This document shows, in pieces, positions 14,101 to 27,326 of a DNA stretch of 64,000 bases. Source of the DNA: Lytechinus pictus (taxonomy: Eukaryota); contig NC_087252.1 in assembly GCF_037042905.1 (NCBI RefSeq), forward strand, positions 12,154,001 through 12,218,000. Reading direction: 5' to 3'. How positions within the stretch are numbered: position 1 is the stretch's first letter; every line of letters starts with the position of its first letter. Both the position numbers and the translations under genes were made by a program. The notes beneath the pieces are model-generated. The model was not told the origin of the DNA and did not search any database. It worked only from the letters and a program-made list of their open reading frames with translations.

Positions 14101-14843
14101 CGAGTGATTCACCATCCTTCTGCCACGTGATATCCCTATTTCTGGCTTGTAGTTTGTACGTGCAGACCAATGTAAAATCCTCGCCAATCACTGGAAGATA
14201 CTTGCCTCTGTTGATCGACACACCAAATCCTTCTATTTCTGCGAGATTGAAAGACAATTTTGGAAATGAATATTTTTCAGTTGGCGTCATTTCTCCCGAA
14301 TTAATGCAATCAAAATAATTTGCTTTAAGTGAGTTTGTAAGGGGCATCATTATGAATTATTCATTTGTTAATATCACTGATCATTCAATCGTTTTATCTT
14401 CTTTCATTTCTAATCCTCTTATCAATTTATTACACTATTTATTCATTTCATACCTGTAGTGCATCATTAATTAATTGAGGCCACGAGTATCTATTGAGAA
14501 GGTGGGGGTGTTGCTAATATCACCAGATGCTCACCATTTAATAATGACCGGGAATATAGTTGTCATTTGGTCATCCTCTTACGGAATCAAAGGATTTTGT
14601 TCTTCAAAATATGTGAGTAAGCCGCTTTACATATGGAATGTGAGCACATGAAGATGTGCTGTAATATAGTATTGTCATATAAAGGTACTTATAATGTACA
14701 CGCAGTGAACCTTTTATAGATTACGGTGCTCGTTTAATCGTTAACGGAAAATGGGTCAAATATAGATATAGCAACGTAAACCTACCACAACTGAGGAGCG
14801 TTAGAACAAAAACAACCACAGCATGTTCAAAAGCGCTTGTCAT
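11192..14843 (-). CDS. IgSF cassette A2: L-V-C-C-C plus FN3-like stub; premature stop in C3
   Basis: Leader 14843-14786; V 14238-13891; C1 13219-12890; C2 12621-12277; C3 11921-11613 with TGA at 11805-11803 (GGA in A3, GAA in A4); stub exon 11265-11150. Confidence 0.85.
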
Positions 14844-15229
14844 GATATCGAATCTGGCTGTACGAAGACTTGCTTTCAGAACGACATGAAATCCAACAAT
14901 GGCAAATAAACTCTTATAAAGTCAAACTTGTAGGAGACTCCCAGATGCTGTACACTCCGGGAAAAAATCGCTGGTATTGTGTCAAACGAGTGCTACTGGT
15001 TTCCTTCTCAACTCCTGATTCGGTTTCGTGATGTGCTATTTAACATTAATGAGTAATATCTAGAGCAAGTGTGGTCCTAGAGGTCGCCATTTCCTTTCGC
15101 AGCAGGATAGTAAAGATTACTGCTAGTTCAAAATGCTCGAGTTACACGTTCACAGCTGGCGCTGGTGATAAACTAATTTTTCAACATTACAATCTGATAT
15201 GAAGCACACACTAGAAATAATATTATCAT

Positions 15230-15381
15230 CAGGAGCCGCGGAAACAAGGGAGGGGCTGTGTGGACTTCAGCCCCCGCACTTTTCCAAATCCGTGTACAAA
15301 GTCGTAAAAATGACCATCTGATTATTATTCTTTGCATGGTTGCCCCCCCCCCCAACTTTCAAAACCCTTCCGCGGCCCCTG
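15230..15381. mobile_element. MITE-like element upstream of A2 (same insertion as in A1 and A3)
   Basis: Same termini and same position relative to the leader as 3444-3601. Confidence 0.65.
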
Positions 15382-15819
15382 ATCATTATCATTAGCAGTT
15401 TAAACTTCACGGGACCAGATAGGTATCCATGTTTGGACTTTTGGATAGGAGATGGTTAGACTTTTAATGATCAACGTCAATCATGTTCTCGACATAAATA
15501 GTGAACTTAAAGCAACCTCTACATTATTTTATATTCGTACTGTCAATGAATGTTACTGGGCAGTTCACATTCGGAGGGTGGGACAAAATAAGTCAAAACA
15601 TATGAGCGGCAGTAGATGATGAACATGGCGTAGGGGGCACAGATTTGTGGATGGTCAGGGAGGAGCGACGCGAGCGAGCGAACGATAAATCGACCTTACA
15701 TAAATAAAATTCCGAAGACATCTTCGATGTGTCCAAAACACATTGAAGGAATACTGATGAGGTTGAGATTTGTTCAATTACTTTCAATCGTCCATGCAGT
15801 CCATGTCGCTTTTTCTAAG

Positions 15820-15925
15820 TGGAGCAGCCGTGGCCGAGTGGTCTAAGGAGCCTAGCTATACATGAAAAAAGTCCGGGGTTCGATCCCCGGTCGTGGCAAC
15901 TATGCCCGTGAGTAAGGCACATTAC
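15820..15925 (+). mobile_element. tRNA-derived SINE head
   Basis: A box TGGCCGAGTGG and B box GGTTCGATCCC, but no full cloverleaf. It interrupts the conserved upstream block of A2. Confidence 0.7.
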
Positions 15926-16626
15926 GAAATAAGTTAAGCACATTACGAAAGCATGTCTTAAGTTGTTAATGGTCGAAAATGAATGTACGATGTTATTTAT
16001 ATTAAGTATAAAGCTGAATTTCAATGATATGGCGACAGAGTGTGCTATATTCCCTATCATATTTAGGGTTGAGCTTTGAGGATTGCGTACAGAAAAATGT
16101 CATGACACATATACCCGGTTGTTGTGTGTCCGGACAGGTTGTGTTGTCGGACGATCAATTTTAGAGAGTAATTTGAAAAAAAATACAAGAGAAGTTTCAT
16201 CTATTTTTAGTACAAAATGTTAGGAAATATTATAAAGAACAAAATAGAAGATGATTACAAGTACTGAATTATAATTGTTAGTGTAATCCAAAGACAAAAA
16301 AAGAATGCTTCTAAAATATAAACTATTCGGACACCCGACCCCCCATCCTACTCTTAGGGATGGGCTCATATACGTAATAAATACGAGATACTACAGAGAA
16401 CATGTTCCGAACGCATTTTTTTTTTTTTTTTATAATTCATATTGATCCTAATGAACACCGTTAACTCTGAACATTTTGCATTGACGTCATGTCGCACCGC
16501 CATATTAGAGGCTGACGAGTTTGCTTTGCATGCGTTGTTGCTCTGCAGCTGACGCGTCTCTGACAACTCTGTTTACGCGTATTCCTAATATCCTCTGACG
16601 GAGGAAGCTATGAGATTGTGACGTAA

Positions 16627-17834
16627 GAAAAAATCAGGTGTCCCACAAGGATTTATACTGGGTCCATTGATATTTTGTATTTTTATTAATGACATGTGTA
16701 ATTTGAAATTGCATGTACATTCTAAAATGTCTCTTTATGCTGATGACACCGCCATTTTTAATCACGGTGAATCAATTAAGGAGGTACAAAAGTATTTGCA
16801 AGATGATTTTGATTCAATAAGTAAATGGCTAGACTTAAATAATATGCATTTACACCCGCAAAAAACAAAAGCCATGGTATTTGGTCAAAAGAAAAAGTTT
16901 AGGGGTGCTCATTTGTCAGTGAAATTCAGGAACATACAATTAGAAAATGTAAACAAGATTAAATACTTAGGTGTCATGCTCGATCCGGGCTTGACTTGGT
17001 GCGAACATATTACTAATATCGTTTGTAAAATATCTCGGGCAATAGGTTGTGTAAGGCGGATTAAGCACTTACTGTCCTTTGATATCATGAAGAAGCTGTA
17101 CTTTTCTATGATTTTACCTTACATTGATTACTGTATTACATCTTGGGGAAGCAGTGCAAAAATACATTTAGATAAGATACAAAAACTTCAAAATAAATAT
17201 GCCAGAATGCTTTTGAAAAAAAGATTATAATACATCACAAATTTCTTTGTTGCAGTCACTGAAGTGGCAATCAGTAGATCAGCGTATAAAATATCAGTAT
17301 TGTGTTCTTGTATATAAAATAATGAATGATTTAGTTCCAAATTATTTAAAACATTTAGTATGTAAACGGCCCGTGAAATACAAGACACGGTTTTCTTTAC
17401 GATGCCCCCTTCAGCTTCCCAAAGCTAGAATTAAACATAAAAGAAAATCTTTCGCATATGTCGGACCCAAATTATTTAATGCACTTTCTTCAAATTTACA
17501 AGTTTGTACCTCCTTGTTATTTTTTAAAAAAAATATACAAAGCCTTTCATACGAATTGATAAAGAGCGAAATTATATTCCATTGATTTACAATGCTATGT
17601 ATGTTTAAATTGTCACTTCCCACTCTATGTTTTGGTGTTATTTGTTTCTGATGTTAGATATTTTGTATTTTGTATTTTTGATGTTGTTTATTGTTGTTGT
17701 TGTTGTTCATAGTTATCTTGACATGTATTTTAAACTGCAGGGCGCCTTTGTAAAGCAGTTTTAAGAACTGAACAGGCCTACCCTGCAGTATAAAATAAAT
17801 AAAACAAAATAAATAAATAAATAAATAAATAAAT
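16627..17834 (+). mobile_element. 5'-truncated CR1/L2-group LINE (RT C-terminal half)
   Basis: SGVPQGFILGP, LYADD, KYLGV; frameshift near 17220; CTGCAGGG..CCCTGCAG stem; (TAAA)n tail. Empty site at ~49626. Confidence 0.9.
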
Positions 17835-18721
17835 ATATTACGCCTATTTTAATGATACGACATGATTACCCATCTTCCCTGACAACCCTTTCTACAAAAT
17901 TAACAATTTTAAGCTAACTTGTGTAGAATCATAATTTGCTTTCGTGACCTAAAGTTATTTGTAAAAAAATATTCACAAGAATCCGCTTCCAAAGTCCAAA
18001 GTTCATCATTGCTACATATCAAAACGATGTGTATTCCTTTAACTTCTAATTCATTAAATATAGATTAAAATTGATATATACATCCAGTCGAATTCTAAAA
18101 TAAACCCAAAAGGATTAATTTTGATTTTATAGTATCACTGATCGCTTTTCTAAGTTTCCTCAAATTGCATCACGGTATCAAATATGCTTTGTATCAAACT
18201 CTTATTAAATATCAGCGCTGTGGTTTAGTTATGAATGTATTCAGATTTTTTTTTATGTACTGTTTAGCGATGTCTTGTTTAAGTCTTCTTTATGCTTGCT
18301 GAAGAACCTAGCAATGGGATATTAATTCATAGGTGCACTCCAAACTCACATTTATCTATATTCAACGCCAATTTATTCTTCGCAAACAATTTCTAAACTG
18401 CAGCAAGGTCATCATTTAGATTGTTAACAGAGTGTTCACTTCATTAATTTATATTTATATTATGATAACGGTACTTACAACGTTTCCTTATTTCTCTGAA
18501 CGCATTCTCACATTCTCCTGCATTCGCATCATAGTGCTTAAGTCATTCATCACCCTGATAATGCACTACATCATACTAAAAATTATGAACAGGCTTTTAA
18601 TATTCTTGTTGTTTTTATTTTGTGTTAATCATCAATCCAGCAATATGAGAAAGAAACTGAGTAATATTACATCACATAGACAAATACATAGAACACTGTT
18701 GAAATAAAGAGAGTACAATGG

Positions 18722-20250
18722 TGTTAAATTACAATTGAATAGCATTGAGATTCCTAAGGTTGAAAAACAAAATTATTGGTGTAACCATTGATTCAAAATT
18801 AACTTGGAAATTTCACATACAATATATAAAGAAGAAAATATCAAAGAATATTGGTATTATATCCAGATTAATTTACTCTTTACCAGCTTATATATTGCGA
18901 ATATTGTATTCCACACTCATATTACCATATTTGTCTTATTGTAATTTAGTTTGGGGTAGTACTTTTCCGTCTAACCTAAAGAAACTTGTAACAAAACAAA
19001 ATAAAATAGTAAGAATCATTGCTGGAGCATGCCTAAGATCTAAAGTTAGCACATTGTACTCTGAGTTTAAACTCCTTACTTTAGAAGAAATTACAACCTA
19101 CCAGCAATGTGTTTTTATTTATCAGTGTATCAATCGGCTTATGCCTGTTAATTGTTTCTGAATAGTTTGATACAAATCACAATTTATATAAATACAATAC
19201 ACGCTCCTCTTCTTTATTCATTTGCTGAGACACATGACCTGTTCTTATCAACATAATATTCGTTTTATCATGTTTATAGGTCAAGCAAGTGCAACAATTT
19301 ACTTACAGACATCCGAAATGCATCAACTTTAAATAACTTCAAGACAAAACTTATGAAAAAAACTTACGTCTGGTCCCTAAATTTTGTGATTTGCTTTATA
19401 TATTTAGTTGTGGGATGATTGGTTTGACGATTTATTTTCTGTTTCAAATGACATACTAGTAGTTTATATAAGGTTGCCCTGCCCCCCCCCCTTGTTTTTG
19501 TATTGTACTCTGTGAGAGCATTCTGTGAGAGCATTGATCACATCAAGAATTGACTATGCAAACACCCCGCTATGTGGTTCATCTTCGGCTAACATCGAGC
19601 AACTTCAACGAGCTAAGAATCGTGCAGCCAAATTGGTATTCCTTGTCAAGAAGCGTTATCATGCCTCCCCCTTCTACATCAATTACACTGGCTTCCTGTC
19701 CATAAGTGTGTCACATACAAATCCACACCATTGCCGACAAATGCATCCATAATTGTGCTCCACCCTATCTTCATGACCTTATTTCTCTGTACCAGAGTGA
19801 AAGGCGTGGACAACTCTGTTGGCAAGACCAAAAACTGCTACCTTCTCAGGGGACCGATCGTTCGCTGCTGCCGCGCCACGCCTCTGAAACCAGCTCCCCG
19901 CTGCATCCGTGAATCGTCCTCTCTGGGAGCATCTCAGCGGTTATTAAAGAAATTTCTTTTTAGAAGTTAATTTACTTTTTTTTTTCTTTCACAATTTTGA
20001 TTTTGCTCATTTTGTAAAGCGCTGTGATACAATCATTGTGAAGAGCGCTATATAAATACTAATATTGTATTGTATTGTATTGTAGATAAGTTTATTTCAT
20101 GTACTATGTATATTTATTGTTTATGTCACGGTGCACTCATCCCAAGCTTTGCTTTCTGAGTTGCTACCTCCATTGTTTTGTTCAAGTTTATAAAATGTAT
20201 TGATGCTTTCATCATTAGAAATAAATGTACTACTTCATTCATTCATTCTT
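18722..20250 (+). mobile_element. LINE 3' fragment (CR1/L2 group) carrying a nested second LINE
   Basis: IGVTIDSKLTWKFHI..YCNLVWG (18745-19161); (TTCA)n tail at ~20235-20248. Empty site at ~50555. Confidence 0.82.
19508..20084 (+). mobile_element. L2-like LINE 3' fragment, nested
   Basis: VRALITSRIDYAN..QLQRAKNRAAKLV and APPYLHDLI motifs; AGCGCT..AGCGCT 3' motif; (ATTGT)n tail. Confidence 0.8.
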
Positions 20251-21071
20251 TTTTATGAACACTAATATGCTGACCTTCCATGGGTACAGACCCAACATTT
20301 AATGTGTAACGTAGAATTTCTAATAAGGTCCATAGGGTTCACTGCATAGATGGTGAATAATTCATAGAAGTGTCATACTTCCTATTAATTGGCAGGGGTA
20401 CTCATTAACCAGCATATAATCTCATGTTTGATTAGAAAGAAATATATGGATCTTATCAGCATTATCAGTTTATGTGCAAATACAAAATAATTACTTTGAT
20501 CAGTCTTGTTGAGAAATTGGATACACAAACTTACCAATCAAATAATTGAAATAATGATACCTTGAAAGTTCAACATTTTGTTATTTTTTTACACAAGTAA
20601 AATAATGAAAACAATAAACCTTTTGAATATATGTTAATTTTGATTGTCAGACGTTATTCTGTAAATTTTCTCCCAAAGCACCCCTTCAATATGATAGTAA
20701 GGCACCCTGCGTAAAAATAGCGATTATGTTTACTATATTTAGAACCGTACACAGAAGTGGAAGCATTTGCCCCCCCCCCCCATGAAATTTAGAAAATCTA
20801 CATTTTCTTAATGATATTTTTGATAAAAATCACCAAAACTGTGCACGAAATCCTTCATTTTCACTTTAAACATGTCAAAACCTTCACAAGACAAGTTGCC
20901 TCCTCCCTCCTTTCGAGTTTTTCCGAAAAATTGTATACGTCTTGCCCCCCTCCCCGGAAAAACTTATCTCTACAGCCATGATAAACCGTGTCTTAAGAAT
21001 GACGATGAGTCATAACTGATTGGAACTGTTGTACTCCATTTCAATTTCGTTGTAGATAGTTTTTCATTCAT

Positions 21072-24000
21072 TCATTTCTGTAATTCTTGAATCATCTGCC
21101 ATAAATAATTTGTCATTACTGCCAATGGTCTCCTAAGCTCGCATAAGTTATTCACGGACGGCACAGTGGATAACATAGGTTGAACTGTCTGACAGAAAAT
21201 ACGTTTCCCATGGTTACACTTATTTGGTTTGAAGATCAGAGTGCTTACAACATCATATCTTTCAGCGCTGTTGACTGAGATCTTAAGAGATGAGCTATTT
21301 GTGACACTTTTGGATCCGATGTACCAACGTAGCAGCGGAGCCGGGTATCCGTTACGAGCTCTACAGGTTACGTTAGTCTCTCTGCCTTCGAGCATATCAC
21401 CTGGGACAGTCATTACGACTTCGTCTTGTAGTCCTTCATAGAAACATAAGGCCATTGGTCAAAGTTAAACTTCAGCTAATGAATTATTTTTTTTCATAGT
21501 CCGGACAATATATTAGGGAATTGAACCAACGAACTTAATAAAATCATCAAGAACAACAACAATAGTTAATTCGTTTCATAAAAAAGGAAAGGACTAATCT
21601 TGCAATTTTTTTACAGGTTTGGCAAATTTACACTATACGAAATTTCATTAATCACATTATATAATCAGTTCTACATTATCTATATATGTTACTTGTTTCT
21701 AAAATCATTATGGGATAACACATCACCCTATACAATAAGTCAAACTGCCAGGATTTTAACAAAGATTCTGCCTTCCATTTTCCAGGGTTAGTGGCATCTG
21801 GCCTTATGGATATGGTACTTGGTTGTGGTAACTACCTTGCATTTTCTTTTCGGAAAATTATACTGGATGAATTTCCATTGAATGATCTTACTCTTTTACT
21901 AGTTTCACCGTTACCAATATTCTAACTTGTTTTTAAAATCATTATGGGATAACTCACCGTAAACAATTAGTCTGACTGCTACTATTTTAACAAAGAAGGC
22001 GCCTTCCATATACGAGGAACATGCGATGTGCATTCCATGGTTAATGGCATTCGGTCTTATGATTATGGTACTTTCAGTGTCAACCAACGTGTCGTCTACA
22101 ACACTCCTATTGCTTGAGACATTTGCATGGATCCGAGTCCTGTCAGACTCACCAACTAACCAGAATGATAGTTCAGTAGCTGGGAATGATCCAATACTTT
22201 TACACGTGATTGAAGTCGGTGAATCTTCTTGAACATATAGGACTGTTGATTGTAACTGGTTACCTCCAGTCGGAAAGAGAAGCACACTAGCCGGCAGAAC
22301 TGTAAATGTGGCAAGATAGAAAAGAAGAGTAAGAGAAAGAGGCGGATACAAGAGAGAACGTATTATGTGTTTTGCAGACAGGCACTTTTGTGGAAAGTAG
22401 TTTAGTAACCTCATGATACTCTGGGCAAGTAAACAGCAGGTGACGTAAATATATTATCAATGAAAAAGGGAAATGTATTTAATAAAATGGAACTGCTAAA
22501 TGATGCTTAGAAATAACTTGTTCACCACATGTAGATATGCATAATGTAAATAGAAATGGAACTTATATCAAAATAATTTCTGTGATCTATTTTGGATTGA
22601 CAAAGTATTACAAAAGTACGCAAGAACTTAAATCTAGGAAGGACAACAAAACATATTCATGTATAGGTAATACATACCATGAACATTCACAAAAACTGAG
22701 AATCTGATATTATTTTGTAGTTCTGGGTGTGATGCGATGCAGCTAAGAATCTTCCCGTGGTCGTCACTGGTGGATGTGATTGCCAAAGTTTTCTTGGAGA
22801 TGTAAGATCCATAGTGGATGACATCAGATTGATCCTGATGATCAACGGTTACGTCCTCTGGTATTTGCCAGTGTAATTCTGCAGGAGGCCTTGCTCTATT
22901 TGCTCCACAGGTGATGCTATACGGATCCCCAGCAGTTACACTTAGATTGGCGTTGTTCAAGTATTGTCGGCCTGATTGGGTATCAGACATAAATATCTGT
23001 GATGGTGGAACTGAAGACAAAAAGAAGGTATATTTTGCATAAAAACCCATTTCCAACCATCTTCTCACTTTGCTATTCGATGATTATAACTGATTGTTTT
23101 TTTGCAATCTTTATGACGTTCTTTTGTGCATATTACACTATCGTACAAAGTATAAATAACTTATTTGTTAGACAACGAAGATCTAACAGTTCAACGCATA
23201 GATCCAAATAACTATCTTCAGTAGATTGTGAAGTACTACTCGATGTACGAAACTGCACTGCTATTGTACAAGGCACTGGCTTAAATCAACGCGGTGACCT
23301 TATTGTTCAGGGAGATGATCTATTGATCAACCCCCACACTGGAATTGCATGACGTCATGGATTTATGCAAGTGGTACAAGGCATGGGCAGAAGTAAAGGT
23401 AGAGGGGTACCACTGGCGGATCCAGAGGGGGGGGGGGAGGCAGAGCCGGACCGTGCCCCCCCCCCCCGAGAGGCAAAATCAAAACTTGTAATGCAAAAAT
23501 GCCGTTAAAAAATGTGGCCCCCTATGAAAGTAAAAACATTTTTTTGTCTTGCTTGTCAAAAAACTTTGTGGACGAAATGTCATTATTTTAGGTTGAAAAC
23601 ATTTATTTCTTTTTTTTTCTTTTTTTTATTCGTCAAATTTTTCGTCGGGAGAATGTGCCCCCCCCCCCTTTGGAAAATCCTGGATCCGCCCTAACCCTCT
23701 TGACTGGCCTTTATCTCAATATGTGTGCACCATTCAAGAATGTCAGTGGCATTGTGAAAACACTGGAATATTTGATTTCTTTCATTTTCATATTTTGTTT
23801 ACCATACATAATATTTATTTCCCGGAGACAGGAATAATTTGATTAGACAGAGTGAAGTTCATTTCTATTTCAAAACAGTTGTGAATTGTTACTTCAAAAA
23901 GGTATTGCTAATCTGAGAACGTCTTTAGCCAGCAGGGAGAAAACAGGACCATTGTATGAAATGACAGTGGTAAGATGGGAAAGGTGAATTGACTGTTGCA

Positions 24001-25308
24001 ATACACTGTCCGCATAGAAATACATTAAAATCGCCCACGCTGATGAAATTTCTCGTCAGAAGGATCTTGAAAGTATGCAGGACTTTGATTTTGATATTGT
24101 CTTAATTGGTAAGGAAAAAAGGGAACATTCGGAGATGTTGGTAGAAATCACATTTTTATTTCATCTTATGACTTTTGGTTGATGAGCAGTGTCATAGATT
24201 TTTTTTCCAATGTTTCAGACTGGTAGGTGATTTACCAATAAACGAAAATAAACGGAACTATCTTGCGTTTTCCATCACACGATTACAAACTTATTGAGTG
24301 TCTAACCTTTGACAATAAATTAAATTTTATTGTAGGATCTTGCATTGACGTTGACCTTTATGTTCTTTCTTTTTCTGTTTACACAATCTAAGTCAGATTG
24401 AACTGAATGTCGCCAATATGCTTTTTCCTCTTTTTTCTTACCTGGATTTAGTACTTCCAGTATTTCATTCGCTGAATGTTTGCCATCTGGGTAAAAGACA
24501 TTGCATGTAAATCTCCCATTGTCACTAGAGGTTAAATTGATTATTGTAAGCGATGTGCTGCGGTCATCTCCCATTAACTTGTATTTTGTAAGATTGGGAA
24601 TATTAGGTGTACAGCTACTCGCAGAAGTGCACGATTCATAAGCAACCTGTATGCCCTCGTGTGTCCAATGTACTGTACGATCATTTAGAGGAGGCGAATA
24701 GGTACACCTCATCGTAAATTCTTCTCCTTTGACGGGTAGGGTCTGCCTTGGTTGGAAAGAAATCGTGGCTGAAGACATGGTAGAAGTGGAGCCTGCAAAT
24801 GGATTGTGTAGCAATATTGTCAATTATTTGTAATGATAGACGTATTGCTAATTCATAGTACCTTACAAGACGGGCATCTATTCTAGACTACCTAAACAAT
24901 TAACAAAAGCGGTTTACAATAGGGCCATGATAATTAAAAAATTGTAATAACTATTGTGTACATTGTACGTTTTGCGAATTCCGCCCTTTGTGAACCTAAT
25001 CTAATGTATTTATTTCAGTTGATGCGTCAACTTAAGATGTATAGGCCGATAAAGCACATTCTGATCCAAATTTTAAGAACGCTCTCAAGATTGAAAGAAA
25101 GCATTTTTGATATGGAAAACAACAATTTAAAGATGATCTGAATGTAGCATGTTCTAACCTCACTTCAAATTATCTTACAATGTAACGGATAAGTCTACGT
25201 ATAACATTGTTATTGTATCCATATTATTATTAGTAGTAGTAGTAGTAGTATCGACCTACCTTTACCGAGGAAAATTAGAGCAAACCAGCACCAAATATGA
25301 TACGCCAT
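21072..25308 (-). CDS. IgSF cassette B2': open L-V-C-C-C, no TM segment, predicted secreted
   Basis: Leader 25308-25260 (MAYHIWCWFALIFLGK); V 24792-24442; C1 23010-22678; C2 22299-21958; terminal C3 21433-21072 runs to TGA. All phase 1 and open. Confidence 0.88.
23411..23693. mobile_element. MITE-like element with GGCGGATCCAG termini and poly-G/C patches
   Basis: CACTGGCGGATCCAGAGGGG ... TCCTGGATCCGCCC; not present in the B5' paralogous intron. Confidence 0.7.
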
Positions 25309-27326
25309 TTGAAATCGCAGTGATTTTGATCAATCAAAAATCCTAGTAACATGGAGACTTTCAATATCAGAACGTAAGAGAGTTGCAGTAGGTGAGACAA
25401 ATTTTGTTTCTAGAAGACATCCTCAATGTGCCCCAAACACATTGAAGGAAATGATGACAATGAGATTTGTTCGATTACTCTCGATCGTTCATGCCGTTAC
25501 CACATTTCAAAGTACGGCTTAATGTCTTGAGTTGTCAACGGTCGAAACTGAAAATAAGATGTTATGTCTATGAATTATATCAAGTGTATTTCTGTATTTC
25601 AATGATCTGGCGACAGAGTGTGCTCTTTCTCCTATTCGATTAGAGGTTGATGTTTGCTTCACCTACTAATAGCAAACAGTGGATCGGGATGGCGTCCAGA
25701 GAAATGTCACGGCACATAATCTTCGTGATGGGCACCAAGACGAAATCAATCCGAGATAAATCAATGAATCTGTTGGTCAGCGCATTTATTGCGTTTAAAA
25801 TTCATATTTCCCACTTTTCGCTGTCCAACGCGGATGGACTTTACGACGGTATATTGATTTTGGAAGATACTTTTGGGCCCGTCGTAAAACACTGTCCTGC
25901 AATGCAAGTTGTGTGACATGAGATTTTTTTTTACGTTTCGCATCCACAACGGGAACAGTCAGTGAAGTGGGATGGCGTCCAGAGAACCGTCACGACACAT
26001 ACCCTTCAGGATGGGCACCAAGACGGAGAAATCAGAGGTCACTCACTAAAACTTGTTCCTAAAGCATTATGTTTAAAATTCGTATTGATAGTGAAAACAC
26101 TGTTAACTCTTAATATGCCACTGTCTCCAATCGGCAGGAAAAAATACATTTTTTCTTTTAGATTTGCAAGCGATCTGAAACGTGAAGAGTTCAGGCACTC
26201 CTAGTCAGAACCCCCCTCCGCCATATACACACAACTTCGAAATTGCTTATTAAATCACCTGTATTTTATTAATCTTAATAAGACCTTATGCACTGGCGTC
26301 ATCTTAGAACATGTAGAAGCTAATGCCTTTACCTTTTAATACATGCGTTTTTAATCTGCAGTTGGCGCATCTCTGATTATTCCAGTCAAGGATTAATCAT
26401 AATTGCTAGGTTACTCTTTTTATTACATTAGGTCCTATAAAAAAAAAAATGGGTCTACTCCCAATCACCCAAAACTCGCAAATCCTACGCCAATCAATTT
26501 TTCATTAACTTTTTGTTAACTGTAACAAGATATTATTTTAAGTTGTTAACAAGAATGTTCACATTATTCTTTTTTTTTGTAAATTTTGAAAACGGTACTT
26601 TCAAACGTTATCTTATTTCCATGAACCGGTTCTTACGTAATCGTTTTATAGCATTTGAGTCATACTTATTGAACCAGCTCATCCACGGCATTAGACAGAC
26701 CAAAAAATTATGAAACAGGATTTTATTGTAATATACTTTTTGGTTTTTATTTTTTGCTAAATCAATCAAACAATATGAGAAAAAAATAGCGTGATACCAC
26801 ATCACATAGACATATACATAGACCACTGTTACAATAAAAATGCAACAACTGCAATATAATGATCATTTAATTTTATACATTGTCGTATATATAGTTTAAC
26901 TCGTCTGCATAGTGCATAGAGGGGGATATGGAACTAATAATCCTCATAAATAATTTGTGACTGGAGTACTCGCTGTACTCGGTAAACAATATAAAGTCAC
27001 ATGTTTGGTTGGAACAATATTCAAGATTATTACGGCATGATCAGCTTATGTGCGAATATAAAGTAATTACTTTAAAAGCATTCCTTAGAAATTTCATGCG
27101 TCCCCCCCCCCTCCCTGAAAAAAACATACGGGTACGGCCATGACAAACCTTGCTTCAAACATTATCGATTGGAACTGTGGAAATTCATTTGAATTTCGTT
27201 GTCAATATGTTTTTTTTTTCATTAACCAGTTTTTCGAGTAGGTGAATAATCTGCCGATTTGGGGTTTTCATTACTGCCATCGTCCTGATCTAAGCTTAAA
27301 TAAAATATGCAGAACCCTTGTGTTAT

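Noticed and set aside
15820..15900. Possible tRNA gene
   Set aside because: A and B boxes are present but the anticodon and acceptor stems are poor; it is a copy-specific insertion typical of a SINE.
16482..16489. CRE palindrome TGACGTCA (also at 49482 and 23350)
   Set aside because: Short motif present upstream of only two cassettes; insufficient support.
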